This document shows, one piece after another, positions 41,040 through 55,911 of a stretch of 64,000 bases of DNA (its first letter is position 1; each line of letters opens with the position of its first letter). The position numbers and the translations under genes were made by a program. The notes beneath the pieces are model-generated. The model did no database searches, was not told the DNA's origin, and worked only from the letters and a program-made list of their open reading frames with translations. The DNA comes from Octopus vulgaris (taxonomy: Eukaryota), in NCBI GenBank assembly GCA_951406725.2, contig OX597831.1:59830001-59894000 (forward strand). Direction: 5' to 3'.

Positions 41040-42130
41040 CAATAGTTATCTACTAAAGTTGCCCGTATCGGGCAGTATGTAAAGTGCACTAGGTTCTTCA
41101 AGGACAACAATATGTTTTAAAATGACCCGACAAATTTTTACCGAAAGATAGGTAAAAAATTTAGGACACTATATTCTAAGATAGGTAAAAAATTACTTTA
41201 AAAGCTCTCATCAAATGCAAACGTGCAGGAATTCCAGCTGATATTCCTTCAGAAAATTCTGATAGCTATAACAAAGTACAAACAATAATGAAATATATAA
41301 AACATGTCGTAAATAAATGGCAAACAGTGCTGCGGCTCCAGACAAAAAAACAACTAAAGCTATCCCCATTAGAAGAAACAATATTCCAAGGAGAATCGGA
41401 GAATCGCTCTCTGCACTCCTTTTCTGTCAGGCAATGACATCTTCAACTGACATGCTAGACAGAACCAGATGTGTATATAGCTGCTGTGATAAAAATCCCA
41501 ATATCTCCTGCATATGGATGATCTAAAACTGCATGCTGTAATTAATAAACAACACGGAACATTACTATAGAGACTGCATGGATTTCCCAATGAAATAAAG
41601 ATGAAATGCGACTGACAAAAATGTGCCAAAAGTACATTGAAAACTAGTTACGATGAACAGTAATACACTAGATGCAGAAAATGAAATAAGAGAATTATAC
41701 CAAACCAACACATACAAATATTTAGGAAACAATGAGTAGAATACGGTACAAAACAACCAAATGCACGGGAAGAAATAGATGCAATACTATAGATGAATTA
41801 GATTAATACTTAAAACAGTGGTCAGAACAAAAAACAAAAAAAAAACCAAAGATAATACTATCAAATATAAAAATCTTGCTTGAACACTAAGTGAATTAAG
41901 CAAATTAGGCAGAGAAACAAGAAAAATATCGACTGAACGTAGAATATATACCATCCAAAATCTGGCACAGGAAGTTTATATATATAAAACGAATGAAATA
42001 ACCATCATTGGATTACATATATATGTAACACAACCAACGGAAACTGCTACCACTAGCCAGAAAACCAGAGCAAGGCAAAAAAAACCCCAGTTATTTGTCT
42101 TTCAGGAGGTCAAGAAATACAAGACGAATA
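41040..42130 (+). mobile_element. Degenerate R4/Dong-clade RT fragment
   Basis: F*NDPTNFYRKIG; IPIRR..GESLSALLFCQAM; CATATGGATGATCTAAAACTG (HMDDLKL); TYKYLG; collinear with the ORF at 62107. Confidence 0.7.
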
Positions 42131-42345
42131 TGAGGAAATAGAGCAAATATTAAAAGCAGTAAAAATACCCTGATAAAAGAACGGCGAGAACAACCCTGGG
42201 TACGATCTTCTTCATCATCATCATCATCAGCAGCAGCAGCACCATTATTATTTTTATTATTATTATCATTATTATTATTATTATTATTATTATTGTTGTT
42301 GTTGTTGTTGTTGTTGTTGCTGTTGCTGTTGCTGTTGTTGTTGTT

Positions 42346-43220
42346 TTATGCACAGCTTCTCCCGCTGGAGAGGTACTGCGGGGTCAGCTGTTCACTACCG
42401 GTGAACTAAGGTAACATCCCTTATTTTTCGAGCACAATCTAGAGTATTCGAGCGGTTCCAAGTAGTGCTCTTTTTCTGCAATTGCTCCGACCTTATTGCA
42501 GCTCATATTTGTTCCATAGACTTCTCAACATATTTTACTCACTGTTCCCAGGGTTCCGACAGTTATTGATACTACTACCAACTTTACAGTGATTACAACT
42601 CTTTAACCTACTAAACTAACCTATCATATCTCAACTTTCCTTTCTTCCTCATCGCATACCTCGTTGTCAGCTGTGCATGCTATATCTATGATCTAGCATC
42701 ATTTACTTTCTTTCTCAATTATCAATATGTCTTGTTTTGTATTCTCTATCGCATGGTCACAGTGAATCTTAAAATCTCATACGATCTTTGCAGTATCATT
42801 TTCGATGCTGCCTTCGGGTTTATGTTCGTACGACATAACGTTTTCTTGTAACGTTTTCAATGGACGATCCCCCTTGCTATAATGTCACGACGTCTATTAT
42901 ATTATTGCTAGGCTAATGGCGTATATTGACTGGTGATATGCAATACGGTTTCACCATTTTATCCACAAATTGTGCACTTGCAATTTTCTAATATGTTGTC
43001 TATTCTGTATTTGCTGTAATTCGTTCTTAATGTCTGCTCTTGAGCAACACAGATTAGAGCCTCCGTTTCCGGTTTTAAATTAGTTTTAGTCATCCATAGC
43101 CATCTTTCTTCTCTGTCAACATCCCTATGAAATTTTCCATGCATTATTTTCTTAACCCACCGATTTTCAGTTTCATTTATTATCAAGAGCTTGTATAGTG
43201 CTTTATCTTTGCAATCTTCC
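42346..43220 (-). mobile_element. R4/Dong-clade 3' fragment
   Basis: RWVKKIMHGKF..WLWM..NLKPETEALICVAQEQTLRTNY..CKCTICG..ETVLHITSQ; DFKIHCDHAIE; VVVSITVGTLG; tail in (AAC/AAT)n. Confidence 0.85.
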
Positions 43221-43374
43221 ATCTTACGTTCTGAGTTCAAATTCTTCCATGGTCGACTTTGCCTTTCATACTCTCGGGGTCGAAAAATTAAGTACTAGTT
43301 GAGTACTAGTGTCGCTGTAGTCGACTATCTCCCACCTCTAAATTTCAGGCCTTGTACCTTTAGCAGAAAGGATC
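43220..43374 (+). mobile_element. 5'-truncated Nin-type SINE
   Basis: TTACGTTCTGAGTTCAAATTC..GGTCGACTTTGCCTTTCAT..CGGGGTCGAAAAATTAAGTACTAG. Confidence 0.8.
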
Positions 43375-43577
43375 AATACCCTTAGGATTGTTCCTACCTC
43401 GAGCTCAATGCTGTGTTTCATTCAAAACAATGATTTCATATATTTATACATATCGATACCATGACATTTACGCGTCCCCTCAATTAATTTTAATCCTGAA
43501 ACTCTATTATGACTTCGAAGGCTATGAGACACAACATTTTCGACAATTACTCTTTGAGTTACTAGCATTTTCACATT

Positions 43578-43638
<61 letters not shown>

Positions 43639-43871
43639 GATCATCTTTAGGAAAATATTCAAATAATAATATAAAACATATAACAACACATGCAAAACCG
43701 TGTCTATGAACTTTTGGTGAAAATTTCATTTTTAGATGTTACAAGCTACATAACATTTGACAGTCGTTAGATTACTTCTGAGATTTATGACTCATATTTA
43801 GTCGGTAATATGAAGCTGGAAAAATATTTGCAATTGTCATAATGTGTATAAAGATGGAAATAATATACACT

Positions 43872-43915
<44 letters not shown>

Positions 43916-43941
43916 GTGTGTGTGTGTGTGTGTATGTATGT

Positions 43942-44019
<78 letters not shown>

Positions 44020-44347
44020 GACGAAAATAATTTTCAGGATGATTTACAACCATTATTAAAAGTGCAAAACTTATTTTTATGAAGGAATGACATTGCTACC
44101 GATAGGGGAGTACGAAGATTATTTTCATTCTTATTCACAGTTTAAATCTGGCAATATTTTACACAAAGTTTTTAACGTAATTTCATTCAATAATACATAT
44201 CCGTGCGGAATAACTTTGCACATCTGAAATTTGAAAAATATTAAGTAGTTTTTTTTTTCTCGCTTCGAAACGTGGTGTATGTTGTCACGCATGATTAAAT
44301 TTACTTACCTGCGTTGTAAGAAGTGGTATTGAAGTGGTAAGAAGTGT

Positions 44348-44391
<44 letters not shown>

Positions 44392-44764
44392 TGTGTGTGA
44401 GTGTGTGTGTGTGTTATGCTCATAAAAATATAGTGTCCTAAATTTACGTATTATTGTGCTCACAGGTTCATCAGTTTTCTTCATATTATTAATCTCATTG
44501 CATTTGTCCTAACAAATATTTTGCTTAGTAATATGGCGTACCCACGTATCTTTATATTGCACTACGTAATATCGTCTTGGAGCAGTATACTAAAATTAAT
44601 ACCATTCCCTGGCCTCAGTCCAGTCAATCTGATCACTAAGGTTGCAAGCTATATATTTCAGTTCAGCTTTATTTACCTCCAGATCTCGCTCAGCCAATTG
44701 TAACCTATATTCGCTATTATTAAAAAGATGAACTGTAATAAAATATACTGCTGTAAAATAAATA

Positions 44765-45420
44765 ATGGTTGAGAACCAACAAAAATGAAATGAAAGTTTG
44801 TGTGAGATTCTTAATCAAACTAGAAGTAATCATGCGGGAGATTACACCTACCACAGAGACTAAACAAGTAAACACAGTGTGTACAATTTTTTGTTTAGTT
44901 TGGAAGTGTGACAGATTTATGCTAGTCTACATTATCGATGTCAAATATTCCTTCGACTTGAAATATGCGTGGAGGATTCTCAAAAACCGTAAAATACATC
45001 CAAATATATTATGCATTTCATAATAATAAAAGGCAATCAGTGGATGGAAATCTATTTGGGTTCCAAGAATGATATCTAGAGAATCTGCATATGCCGAAAA
45101 AGTATCAGACGATTTCTAAGATTGTATCTGTAGATGCTCTGTAAATCGATTCCTTTTATGAGTATTATAACATGATATACAAAAGAAGATTACAAAACGG
45201 AGGCAATACAACAGAAAAGTGCACAAATGTTTGTCATCAAACTTCTTGCGGCTACTATTATACCAGTATAATCACGTGTTTTAACAATGCATCCAAACCA
45301 CAACTTTTTTCGTAAATGTGTTTATCCAATACACTCATAACAGCAACTTATTGACCAAAGTATTAGGCCTTCTAAGAGTTGTTAAGCAAAATGTGTTCCC
45401 AGAATGAAAATGCTGTTACA
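44765..45420 (+). mobile_element. Ancient mariner transposase relic
   Basis: NEMKVCVRFLIKL..REI (N-terminus), SIWVPRMI (WVPHEL-like), KIVSVDAL*I (IVTGDETWI-like) and NNASKP in the expected order. Confidence 0.5.
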
Positions 45421-48019
45421 TCTAGTTCTCACATATTATTTCATGTTGCCAATGAAAATAAGAAGCATTTCATTCTGCTGCCATGAGCAAGTTCTAAAAA
45501 CACACAATCAGGAATGCCAAAAAGGGAGTTGAGAGAAACAAAAGCTACAATTTGATGAAATGTACATATGTCACATCGGATATGCATAGTTAATTCCATT
45601 ATCATGTGGTTTTATGTGTTTCTAGAAGAAAAGAAAAGTAGAGAAACGAGGTGATGAAATATCTGGGGCGTATGATTCTAAATTACATTTGTGCCGTACT
45701 TTTGCTCAGAAAGCAGGAAAGAACCTAATGCCAAGATGGAACTTTCAAATACAATTCATTGCAAGATTATGCAGCAGGGTTTAGAACTATTTTAAATAAA
45801 ATGGGATCGCAGGTTTCGGGTGTTCGATTGTATGAAAGATCCGACATTAAAATATGCAAGTTTCTTTGAAAATAATGTTTTGGAAGTTTGAAACCACAAA
45901 AATTGTGTTGTGTGAATAGAATACATAGTTATCCCCGCGAAGATGAAAGGAACAAGCATCGTGTTTGTGAACACTCAAGGGAGTGGTCTTTGATTGATGG
46001 CTTATTTTGACAGGTAACAATTAGAGAATTTGTAACTATTCAAAATAACGTTTTGTTATCGTTAGAATGTTATTTCTGAGAAAGATTTTGTAGTATTTCG
46101 CAAAAATAAAATATAAGCTGAAATCGAAAACAATGTTGTTTAATCCTACTGCGTGAAACTTCTCTTACAAAATACACATATCCTTCTACATTTGTCACCA
46201 AAGATAAAGAAATTGGATGAAATAAACTGATGCAAGAACAAATTAGAAATATTTAAAGAAACGTAAAAAGTTAATTCTCAAGAATTATGCAATATTCTAG
46301 AAGCTTTTGGATATAACTACTCAGTTTAAGAACTGAAAATGAATGGGAACCTGGTAAGAAATTTACATTTTCATAATTTGATTGAGAAAAATTTAGGAAG
46401 CAAATACGTGCTTTATCCTTTGTGAATATTTCACATTTCAAAATATTTTATTTATTTGATTAATATTCGACAGACAATCTAGTAAGAACTAACTTCGAAT
46501 TCACCAGACAAATTTAAATATATATTGCACATTACTATCATAATAGCTTTCAAACTAGTAAAAATAGGTTGCATGTGTTAATTTTATTACATACATTTTT
46601 TACTGCATGACACTTCCAATTTTACAAATTTATATATGCCCTTTTATCAGAACCTTCATGGTAGATTTTTTTATCAGAATGGTAATCAATAGTTTTATAG
46701 GTGGAATAACTCTAAAAATAACAGATTTATTTTGTGATTCACATTGTTCAAGATTAGAGTTGGTGAATAATAAATCTAAAACTAGATTTGTCTACCGATA
46801 TAAGGTCCAAAGAAAATGTAAGAGAATGCGTCTCACTTATCAATTAGATTTGTCTTTGAAAACAGCGCATGCCATTGGGGGATACATAATTCGTTTTTTG
46901 TACTTGTTTAAGGTGACTCCATATATTTTGAAAAACATTTTAAAATGTTTCCATTAGATCGTAATGTGTGCGAAATTATTTTGGAAACTTGATGACTGCC
47001 TCATAGTAAGAACAATCATAGAACTTCATGACTGGTTTAAAGAAATATTATGCATCTTTGTCAGATATTTATAAACATTTTATAGTAAAAATACATAAAT
47101 TATTTTAATATAACATTTGGAACACTTGAATGAAATAAAACAATTTTACCTTTTATTACAAATCCCCATTTTATTTCTCATGGTTTTAAAATGCAATTTA
47201 AAAAAAATATTGTTGTAGAAAACCATGTTACAATTAATGTATATAAATCGCTTCTCTCAATTTTCTTTCTGTCACACGCAATATATATTTTGTTACGTTC
47301 ACAGCTAAACATGTAATTAATTCTATTTACATCGAAGCTATTTCACAGCATCGTTTTTGCCAGTTAATAATTATTATATTCATATATATACTTTCATATA
47401 ATTTATTTCATTTCTCAAGGATATATATGTATATATGCAAGTATACATGCATATCTATGTATTGGTGTGTGCGTGTGTGTGCCTTGTATATGAGTATATG
47501 TATTAATGTATTAATGTGAGGAGAAAAATAGACTTTTATATAGGTGCCCAGATTTTGCATGCAATTTCTCTGAATGGGATTCATTTTAACAGGTCTTACG
47601 ATTCTTACATGCATATAGATAGTCGAACATTCTATATTGTTGACTAATTATAATGAACTATTGCGCAGCACAGATTTGCAAATTGTTCGGTGTCAGATTG
47701 CCAAAAGCCTGAGCGTTGGTGTACGGAGAACTAAAATCTTGCTTCGCACTCACAAGTTCATTTTAAAGTACGCAATCTATAATTTCCAGAAGCATTTTCA
47801 TTTAGAAAACATTCATTCATACATTTGAAAGCAAAATACTAATTACTTTCGAAAACATTTTATTACGTTAAATATCTATTAATAATATTTGTATCATCGA
47901 AGATAACATAGCAGATTCCCAATTATTGTCCTAATCGACAGATTGCTCATGTTTACTAATTATTTTTTAGTCTGGTACGAATTGTACTACAGCATTACAG
48001 ATATATATATGATTACTGT

Positions 48020-48378
48020 GGAGGCGTAATGGCCCAGTGTTTAGGGCAGTGGACTCGCGTTGTTAGGATCGCCGTTTCGATTCCCAGACCAGGCATTTTG
48101 AGTGTTTATTGAGCAAAAACACCTAAAGCTCCACCAGGGTCCGAGACCTGCTGTTTTCATTCACCACAGATTTCTCTCGCTCTTCATGTTTCTGTTGTAT
48201 TTGTATTTCGAAGGGCCAGCCTTGTCACACTCTTTGTCACGCAGAATCTCCCCGACAACTACGTTGACGATTCACGTGCCCGTGGAATGCTCAGCCACTT
48301 GCACGTTAATTTCACGAGCAGGCTGTTCCGTTGATCCGATCAACTGGAACCACATCGTCGTAACCGACGGAGTGCTAC
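48020..48378 (+). mobile_element. tRNA(Arg)-like-headed SINE
   Basis: GGAGGCGTAATGGCCCAGTGTTTAGGGCAGTGGACTCGCG...GTTTCGATTCCC head; 3' GTGGAATGCTCAGCCACTTGCACG shared with 52300-52350 on the minus strand. Confidence 0.8.
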
Positions 48379-51027
48379 GAAATGATCGGTGCGAGTATTC
48401 GTAGAGAAACCTAGAAATAGTAATTTCAGACGTAATAAACCATTATACATCGCAACCCGGATTTTGGGGGCTAAATATATTCTGCAAGATTTACTAAGGT
48501 ACTATACAACATTTCTGTAATTATATGGACTGCTTAAAGATTCAGCTGGTAATCAACCTTATCTAAAGAAACATAGCGTCATCAAACTTGGGGCTTTATT
48601 ACATTTGGCCATCATTGCAAGTGATTCATAAATAGTTATCTGTTAAATTACTAATTGAAATGAGGGAAATATTTTTTTGGAAAATATATTTTAGCAGCGT
48701 GTGTAATTAGACAAAATAGAATTTTAATTTGAAGTACTTAAATAAAAATAAAATATTATAAACCTAGTCATTTGTAGCCTTTGATATTCGATTTCTTTTA
48801 GAAAACACACATGCACGTTGATAAATGACCTTGATTATCTTAGTTTTCATTTACACGCTATCATAAAACTATTTTAAGAGCTAATCTATTGAAACCGAAA
48901 CACTATTTCTTTTAGTTGATTTGTATCTGTTCAAATCAATTTTAAACTTTGATGAAAATACATACACATTAAATGCATCCCACAATCTTTTCGGCAATTT
49001 ATTTCCAAATTTTCCCGTATATTTGTTGTTTTTTTTTTATTTTAGAAGAAATTTTATCAGATCCTTGTAAACGTTTTTCCAAGCTTTCAATCTGGTAATG
49101 CAGAATTCAAAATATTTTTGTGTCTATTGATTAATACGTCGATTTAGTAACCGAGAAACATTTTATTTCTATGAAAGCTGAAAATATTTTTTGCCATCAG
49201 AAATATTTGTAACCAAATAAATTTTTCTAAAAAAAATATGAAGTTCAAACACATTTGATCAAGATTAGTTTTAAATAATTTCCTCATTAAATAAGACACA
49301 GTTCAAAAACACTACTGATTTTCATTTATAACGTTTGCGAGATATTACAAAATTAAACGCATTGCAAAGTTTCGAGACTAAATTTTCATTAAAACTAAAA
49401 ATAAATATGTAATTATTAAAACTCGTGTCTATTGATGCTTGACTAAAAATAGTTTTCAGTTATGCAGTAGTTCTGTATACTGGTCAGTATATCCCAACAG
49501 AAAATTTTCTCAAGAGCTGAAATTGTCAGAAGGGTTATTTATATTTAATGTATTAAAAGGTTTACATGCCGAAAGATATTTCCTGTTTTTGGAACGATAT
49601 CATATGTCATACAGTCGGATTAGCGAATGGTGATACAATTTGTTAATGAAGTATCTTGGATGAATATTAAAACTTTGTTTACAGTCACACATATCCAGGG
49701 AGCCATAATGGATTATATCGGCCCAAGGCGACTATTTGAAGGTCATCTTATTGTATGCATTAGGAAAATCTAAGATATAATTTGAATTGAAAACACAAGG
49801 CGCTAAGATTATTTCTGCCTCTCTGCGTATTGCAACAATCATGGAGAAAGTGCCAAACTATCAGTTAGAATGCTGTATAAAGTTTAAATAAATGTCCTTA
49901 GATTTAAGATGATTACCTCAGATATATTCATTTTAGCTTTCACTATATCAACTGGGATATGAAATAAAATGGATGCTGGATATGTGATAAGATATTTCGC
50001 TGGTTTTACACTGCTTTAATTCATTGTCATATACATTTTATTTTTTGTCAGTAAGTCCCACATTCCTCTATTAAAAGCCGAACAACACATCGTGCATAAT
50101 TTTAAAGATTCTAAGGAAATATTTAAATAGTAAAAGACACACCATCGGTAAAATAAACTTTGTATTCTATTCAGCTATAGCATATTAGACTTTTCACTCC
50201 AGTATATTAGTTTAAATCAATGTATTCTTAAATATTTGTGTTCTGTTTAACAGCAGAGTAAATAGCAACGCTAATTGTCCTTGATGTAAACCCATTCACT
50301 AACTATAGCTAATTCAAGTAAAGAATAAAAAAATAATAAAAAAAGGAATAATACAGAATCCATGAAGATGTAGAGAAGCCCGGATGCTAAGAGAAAGGTT
50401 ATTTCATTCGAAATGCATCTACAAAATATGGAATGCTTATAAAGGTTTGTCAAAATGTTAAGAAATGCAAACTATATAATAGACCCTTCGAAACAAGATA
50501 TGAATGTGGTCTGAGATTGAATGTTGCACAAAATCTTATAAATTTCAGCTGGAAATGTGAAAGATATTATGATATAGAGAACCTGTTGCCCATTGTATTT
50601 CTTTATTTCTGAACCCAGAATTTCAGTTCTAAGTATCTTTAATATACATATAAATATATATTAAAGATTCTGAGGACTGTAATTCTGAGTTCTGAATTAA
50701 AGTAATACAATGTCAACGAGGAAAAGTATATATATTTGCATTGAGAAACACTTCCCATCGCCAACAAGTGTTTGTCACACGCTGATCACGGGTCAATACC
50801 CAGAAACGCGGGTCCGTGTGTATCACTTCAGTCAGGAGATGGGAAAGATGACTTCCTTTTGCAAATACTGATAGGGCACAGATAGCGTGCCAATAGCCCA
50901 CTGGAGGAGATGTCTTCCTGGGGCTACAAGTTACAGCAGAATCGACCCTTAAAGGTTAACCACATTTTGGTGACTAAAATACTTCACGATGTCGTGCTAC
51001 TGCTGTTAATACCTCGCTCTGAGATTT

Positions 51028-51148
<121 letters not shown>

Positions 51149-51479
51149 TGAATAGATTGCAATGTTATTAACAATCAGAAATGTGCTCGGAGTATATTCG
51201 AATCCATGAACTGTGTTTTGTCTTGGTAAAGATTTCTCGCTGTAGACAAAAATTAATACATTAAAAAAAATCAGCTTGCAGAACCAACTACCCACACTGT
51301 GAGTTGAAAGCGTTTCAGAATGTCAGAAATGAGAAAATATGCGCTGAGAACTGATAAGAGAGATTGCCTCTCATATGATATCCTCGTCATTGAACAATGC
51401 CTGGGAGCGCTAATCGGCGACTTACCGCAGACAAGTTACGGTGTGGCAACGCTAAGAAGTTACGTCTATAAATTTAAAG

Positions 51480-51980
51480 TTATTACCAGTTGAAATCTAA
51501 TCGGGACGTATTCGGACCCGTAAAAAAGCCATAAAATAGTTAGTCATGGGGAAAATTTGTTGCTATAGGCAAATAGGAGCTGACATTAGAGTATTTACAC
51601 CAGTAGGTTCGTCAGAAGAAATATTACTGCAAAGGAAGTATAATAATTGGTAAAGAAATATACACTGGAAGAATTGGCTGGTAAATGGGAGCAGAAACCC
51701 CTGCATGGAAAATTAGTGTCCCGGAGTAAATAGCTGATGTGGAAATGAAGCAAACTAATCAGTAGCTACGGCGCCCAGCCTTAAATGCAGTGTTCGAAGA
51801 CTTCATCTCAGCTGGTTAAGATCAAATATTATTGACCCCTAACTACGGGGTATATGTGAAGTTTAACTGAGTACAACCAAGTAGGTGATTCTGCGATGGT
51901 GGGTTTGAAACACTAGATGCAAAGTTTCAAGTGCAACAGAGTATAACTCAAGACATGACAGTGTTTGACAATATCGAACA
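51480..51980 (+). mobile_element. Old Dong-family fragment related to 62107-63892
   Basis: AATTGGCTGGTAAATGGGAGCAGAAACCCCTGCATGGAAAA...AAGATCAAA..ATTGACCCCTAACTAC aligns to 62945-63120; AAACTAAGACATGACAG-like match near 51945-51961. Confidence 0.8.
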
Positions 51981-52250
51981 GATCCTAAGCAATTCTATAA
52001 TTTTTCCTCTTCAGGGCAAACGACCATATGTTACCGGGGATGTTGATTTATCATAAAGTCCCTCCATTTTGACCTGCTTTCTGTGAAATGTTGAAAACGA
52101 AATACAGTCACCAATATCGAGAATAAAGTGTAGTTACTTTATAATGAGTTACAGGGAGAAACAGATACAGAGAGCTAGAGGAAATGAGGAATCGTAAGCT
52201 TAATTGTGTGTACGATTGTGTGTACGATTGCTTATTAGAAGTATTTCTTT

Positions 52251-52625
52251 CGCCGAGGTAAATTTTGGCTTTCATCCTTTCGTGTTTAATAAAATCAACA
52301 GAACAACTTGCTCATGGAATGAAAGTGAAAGTGACTGAGCATTCCACAAGCATGCCTAACATTACCGTAGTTCACAGAGAACTTCAGCGTAACTTAGAAC
52401 GTGATAAGGTACTACATATTTTTGTCAGCTGAGTGGACTGGAGCAAAGTGAAATAAAGTTGTTCAAGGACACAACGCGCCACCAGGATTTGAACTCACGA
52501 TCATGAAACAAATGCCCTAACCAGCGCCTTCACTTTGATAAAATAAGTATCAGTTGAAAACTAGGTTTGACGAAATCGACATCAACGATTCCGCAATTGC
52601 TGTCCTTGTTTCAAAGTTTTAAATC
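52251..52625. mobile_element. Nin-type SINE (+) interrupted by a second SINE (-, ~52296-52533)
   Basis: Outer halves join at the GATAAAATAAGTA motif; duplication TTTAATAAAAT/TTTGATAAAAT flanks the insert. Confidence 0.7.
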
Positions 52626-54177
52626 AATATATGTCTTTTTCTTATTCTGTTTCGTTAATATTCTTGCGTTTGGTTTCTAAAAATAAAAAATATAATTTAT
52701 TCATATATACTTTATTCAAACGTGAATTTGTTAAACATTTATCTTTTTCTCCTTTTCTGTACTTTACTTGATGCTGCAGCATGTTGTTTTTAGACAGTAT
52801 TATATAAAATCCCTTGGTGTGAAAACTCTGTGAAAAATTACATTTGTTTGGATTCAGTAGCATGTTCATTTGCAGTTAACGTAAAAACATAATTTTTGAT
52901 ATAATACTTATCGTAAGCATAATTTTCCATTATTGTAACATGCAATGTAATGCCCTCATATATACTATGATAGACATTTAGATAGCATGGTTGTTCATTA
53001 TCTCAAATATGCCAAAAATTTTCTGGCATTGACAATCCAACTGCTTTTTTCCCCATATTTCTAATTTAGCATGGGTTGCACATCTCTCATGATCTATTTA
53101 TATAATGACTGTATAAAAATATATGCTATATAATTATAAATCATTGTTCCTTACGCAGAGACACTCGAAGCAACATATACATTAAACAGATTTATAGCAG
53201 TACGGTTTCACATGTAAATAAGAACTTACTCTGAAACACAACAGATATTGATAAATATAATTTATATGAATATTTAAAGCTAATAGCAACATTCGGAAAC
53301 AAAAAGCTTAGATAACGATAATATAAGATACATTAAATATCTTCGAGATATTTAAACTACATGAATGACTCAATACACACGGGAAGGTAGTAATGTTACT
53401 TGAGTGTATAATATAATGTTTATATAGATCAGATATCCTTTGCATGCCAGGTTTAGTAGCAATGAATTCAACAAAACTGTTCAGACGATTGATATCTTAC
53501 AGAAAACAATATTAAGTAATGTTATATTGATGATTTGTGTCTTCAATACAACGGTGAATGTAAAGACACACGTCTTGATTAAGACTGTCTGAGAGTGGGT
53601 GATTGCTCTGTTCCACGTTGTTGTTTATCAGAGCACAGAATCCCATAAAAATTCCAAGTGCATGGCGTCGTAATACATTGATGTATGTGTTGTTGAGAGG
53701 GCAGAAATGACAAGAATATGGGACTAGTTTGCTCGTTTTTAGAAATTAAAGAATTATACTTTGGACAACTTTATAAAGAAAAGAAAATCTTCGAACTACA
53801 AACAGGTATATACGTGAAAACATGTCGACAGGGATTTAGTTAGAAATAACTATTAAACATGCATTATTGTGTTGGTTAACTTCCATGCAAATGTCATCTC
53901 ATCTCATCAAAAATTAAAAATGAAAGCCAATCAAAAGCAGTTATATCAAAATGTGGAATCTCACAAACTTGTGGTTATTGTTTCCCTTCTCTACAAAAGT
54001 TCATTGGTGCATTGATCAGTGATTGTATCAGTGAACGCTTCAAAATTAGCAATGAACACTATACTGATGTAACATACATAGGCATCAAGTACGCGGACAC
54101 ACCAATATTTGTACATGTCCATTTATACAATACACACACAAACAGCCACACAGGCACGTGTATATGCACACACAGAC

Positions 54178-54246
<69 letters not shown>

Positions 54247-54615
54247 TATATATGCATGTATATATACATATATATGTCTATATATGCATGTATATATACA
54301 TACCTAAATATATGTGTATATATATATATGTATATATATATACAAATACATACCCACACGCACACATATATATCTTTATATATATATTTGAGCATATATA
54401 TTGAACATGCGTGTGCGTGTAGATTGTATATAGACAGGCTAATTATGTAAATGCAATTCATCAATAGGACAGTAAAAATATGTAAATTTTTTCTTAAGTT
54501 CTGCAAGTGATTTGTTGTCTGAATTTTAATGGAAATATCCCTTGTTTTTTCAGTATTTTTTAAATAGAGAATTCAAAAATAAAGAAATACGGATGATACT
54601 GCTACACGCACGCAC

Positions 54616-54680
<65 letters not shown>

Positions 54681-54802
54681 TACAAACACACAGACTCGCA
54701 CATACACACATTCAAGTGCATACACAGTCAAATATATAAAATCGAATACACAATTAGATTTATGTGTGCATGTGTTTGTGCCTATATATATATGTGTGTG
54801 TG

Positions 54803-54845
<43 letters not shown>

Positions 54846-55509
54846 ATATGTATATATATGTATATATGTATATATATATATATATATACATAGACATATG
54901 TATACATATGCGTATATATTTATATATATACGTATTGATATATATATATCGCATACGAATACATAAAGGCTGCACCATATGTGTGCATGTATATGAAGGC
55001 TTGCACACGTACTGACACCCAGACAAACACATACACACACATACGCACACTCAAATATATATCATATATATTCTTTTATGTATAATTATATGATATATGC
55101 ACGCATTATGGTCAATATATTTTTTTGTAGTTTCTTATCTATTTTTGTATATATTCGTAAAAATTTACTTTTCTTTTAGAGATATAATACCTTGTTTTTT
55201 ACGTCGACACCTTGTTGTCGCAATGTAAATTTCTCAGTTTTATCGAAGAAAATAACTTATAAATATGTACGTTATGATGTTTAAAAGTTTTGATATACAC
55301 CAACTTGCATATTATTAGAAATATAATATTGGCAATACTTTTAGAGAACACTCACAAACAGTAGTATACAAATCCATACAGCTACGCACAATGAAGCAAC
55401 AGAAATAGCCACTTTTAACTTTGATAAACGCTTAATTTCTTCTACATATATGTCAATATATTCTCCCACGTAATTTGACTGTCCCTGTAATGAGATAACT
55501 GTTCATATA

Positions 55510-55609
55510 NNNNNNNNNNNNNNNNNNNNNNNNNNNNNNNNNNNNNNNNNNNNNNNNNNNNNNNNNNNNNNNNNNNNNNNNNNNNNNNNNNNNNNNNNNN
55601 NNNNNNNNN
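55510..55609. other. Assembly gap (100 N)
   Basis: Run of N; flanks are not necessarily adjacent. Confidence 0.99.
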
Positions 55610-55830
55610 CATGTGTATGTTTGGGCACACACTCATATATATATGTGCGTGTGTGTGTATGCTTGTATGTTTGTGTGTGCATTCATATATTTCTATACCT
55701 TTGTACACGTGCATACATGCATGTTTATATACCCGCGTTTAATTGTGTTTCGTTGGCATTTTTTGTGCTTTTATACAGATGAGTATGTATAAATTCTTTG
55801 TATTGCATATCTTTTGTAACACACACACAA

Positions 55831-55911
<81 letters not shown>

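Noticed and set aside
48020-48095. Functional tRNA-Arg gene
   Set aside because: Cloverleaf is broken and the sequence continues into a SINE body
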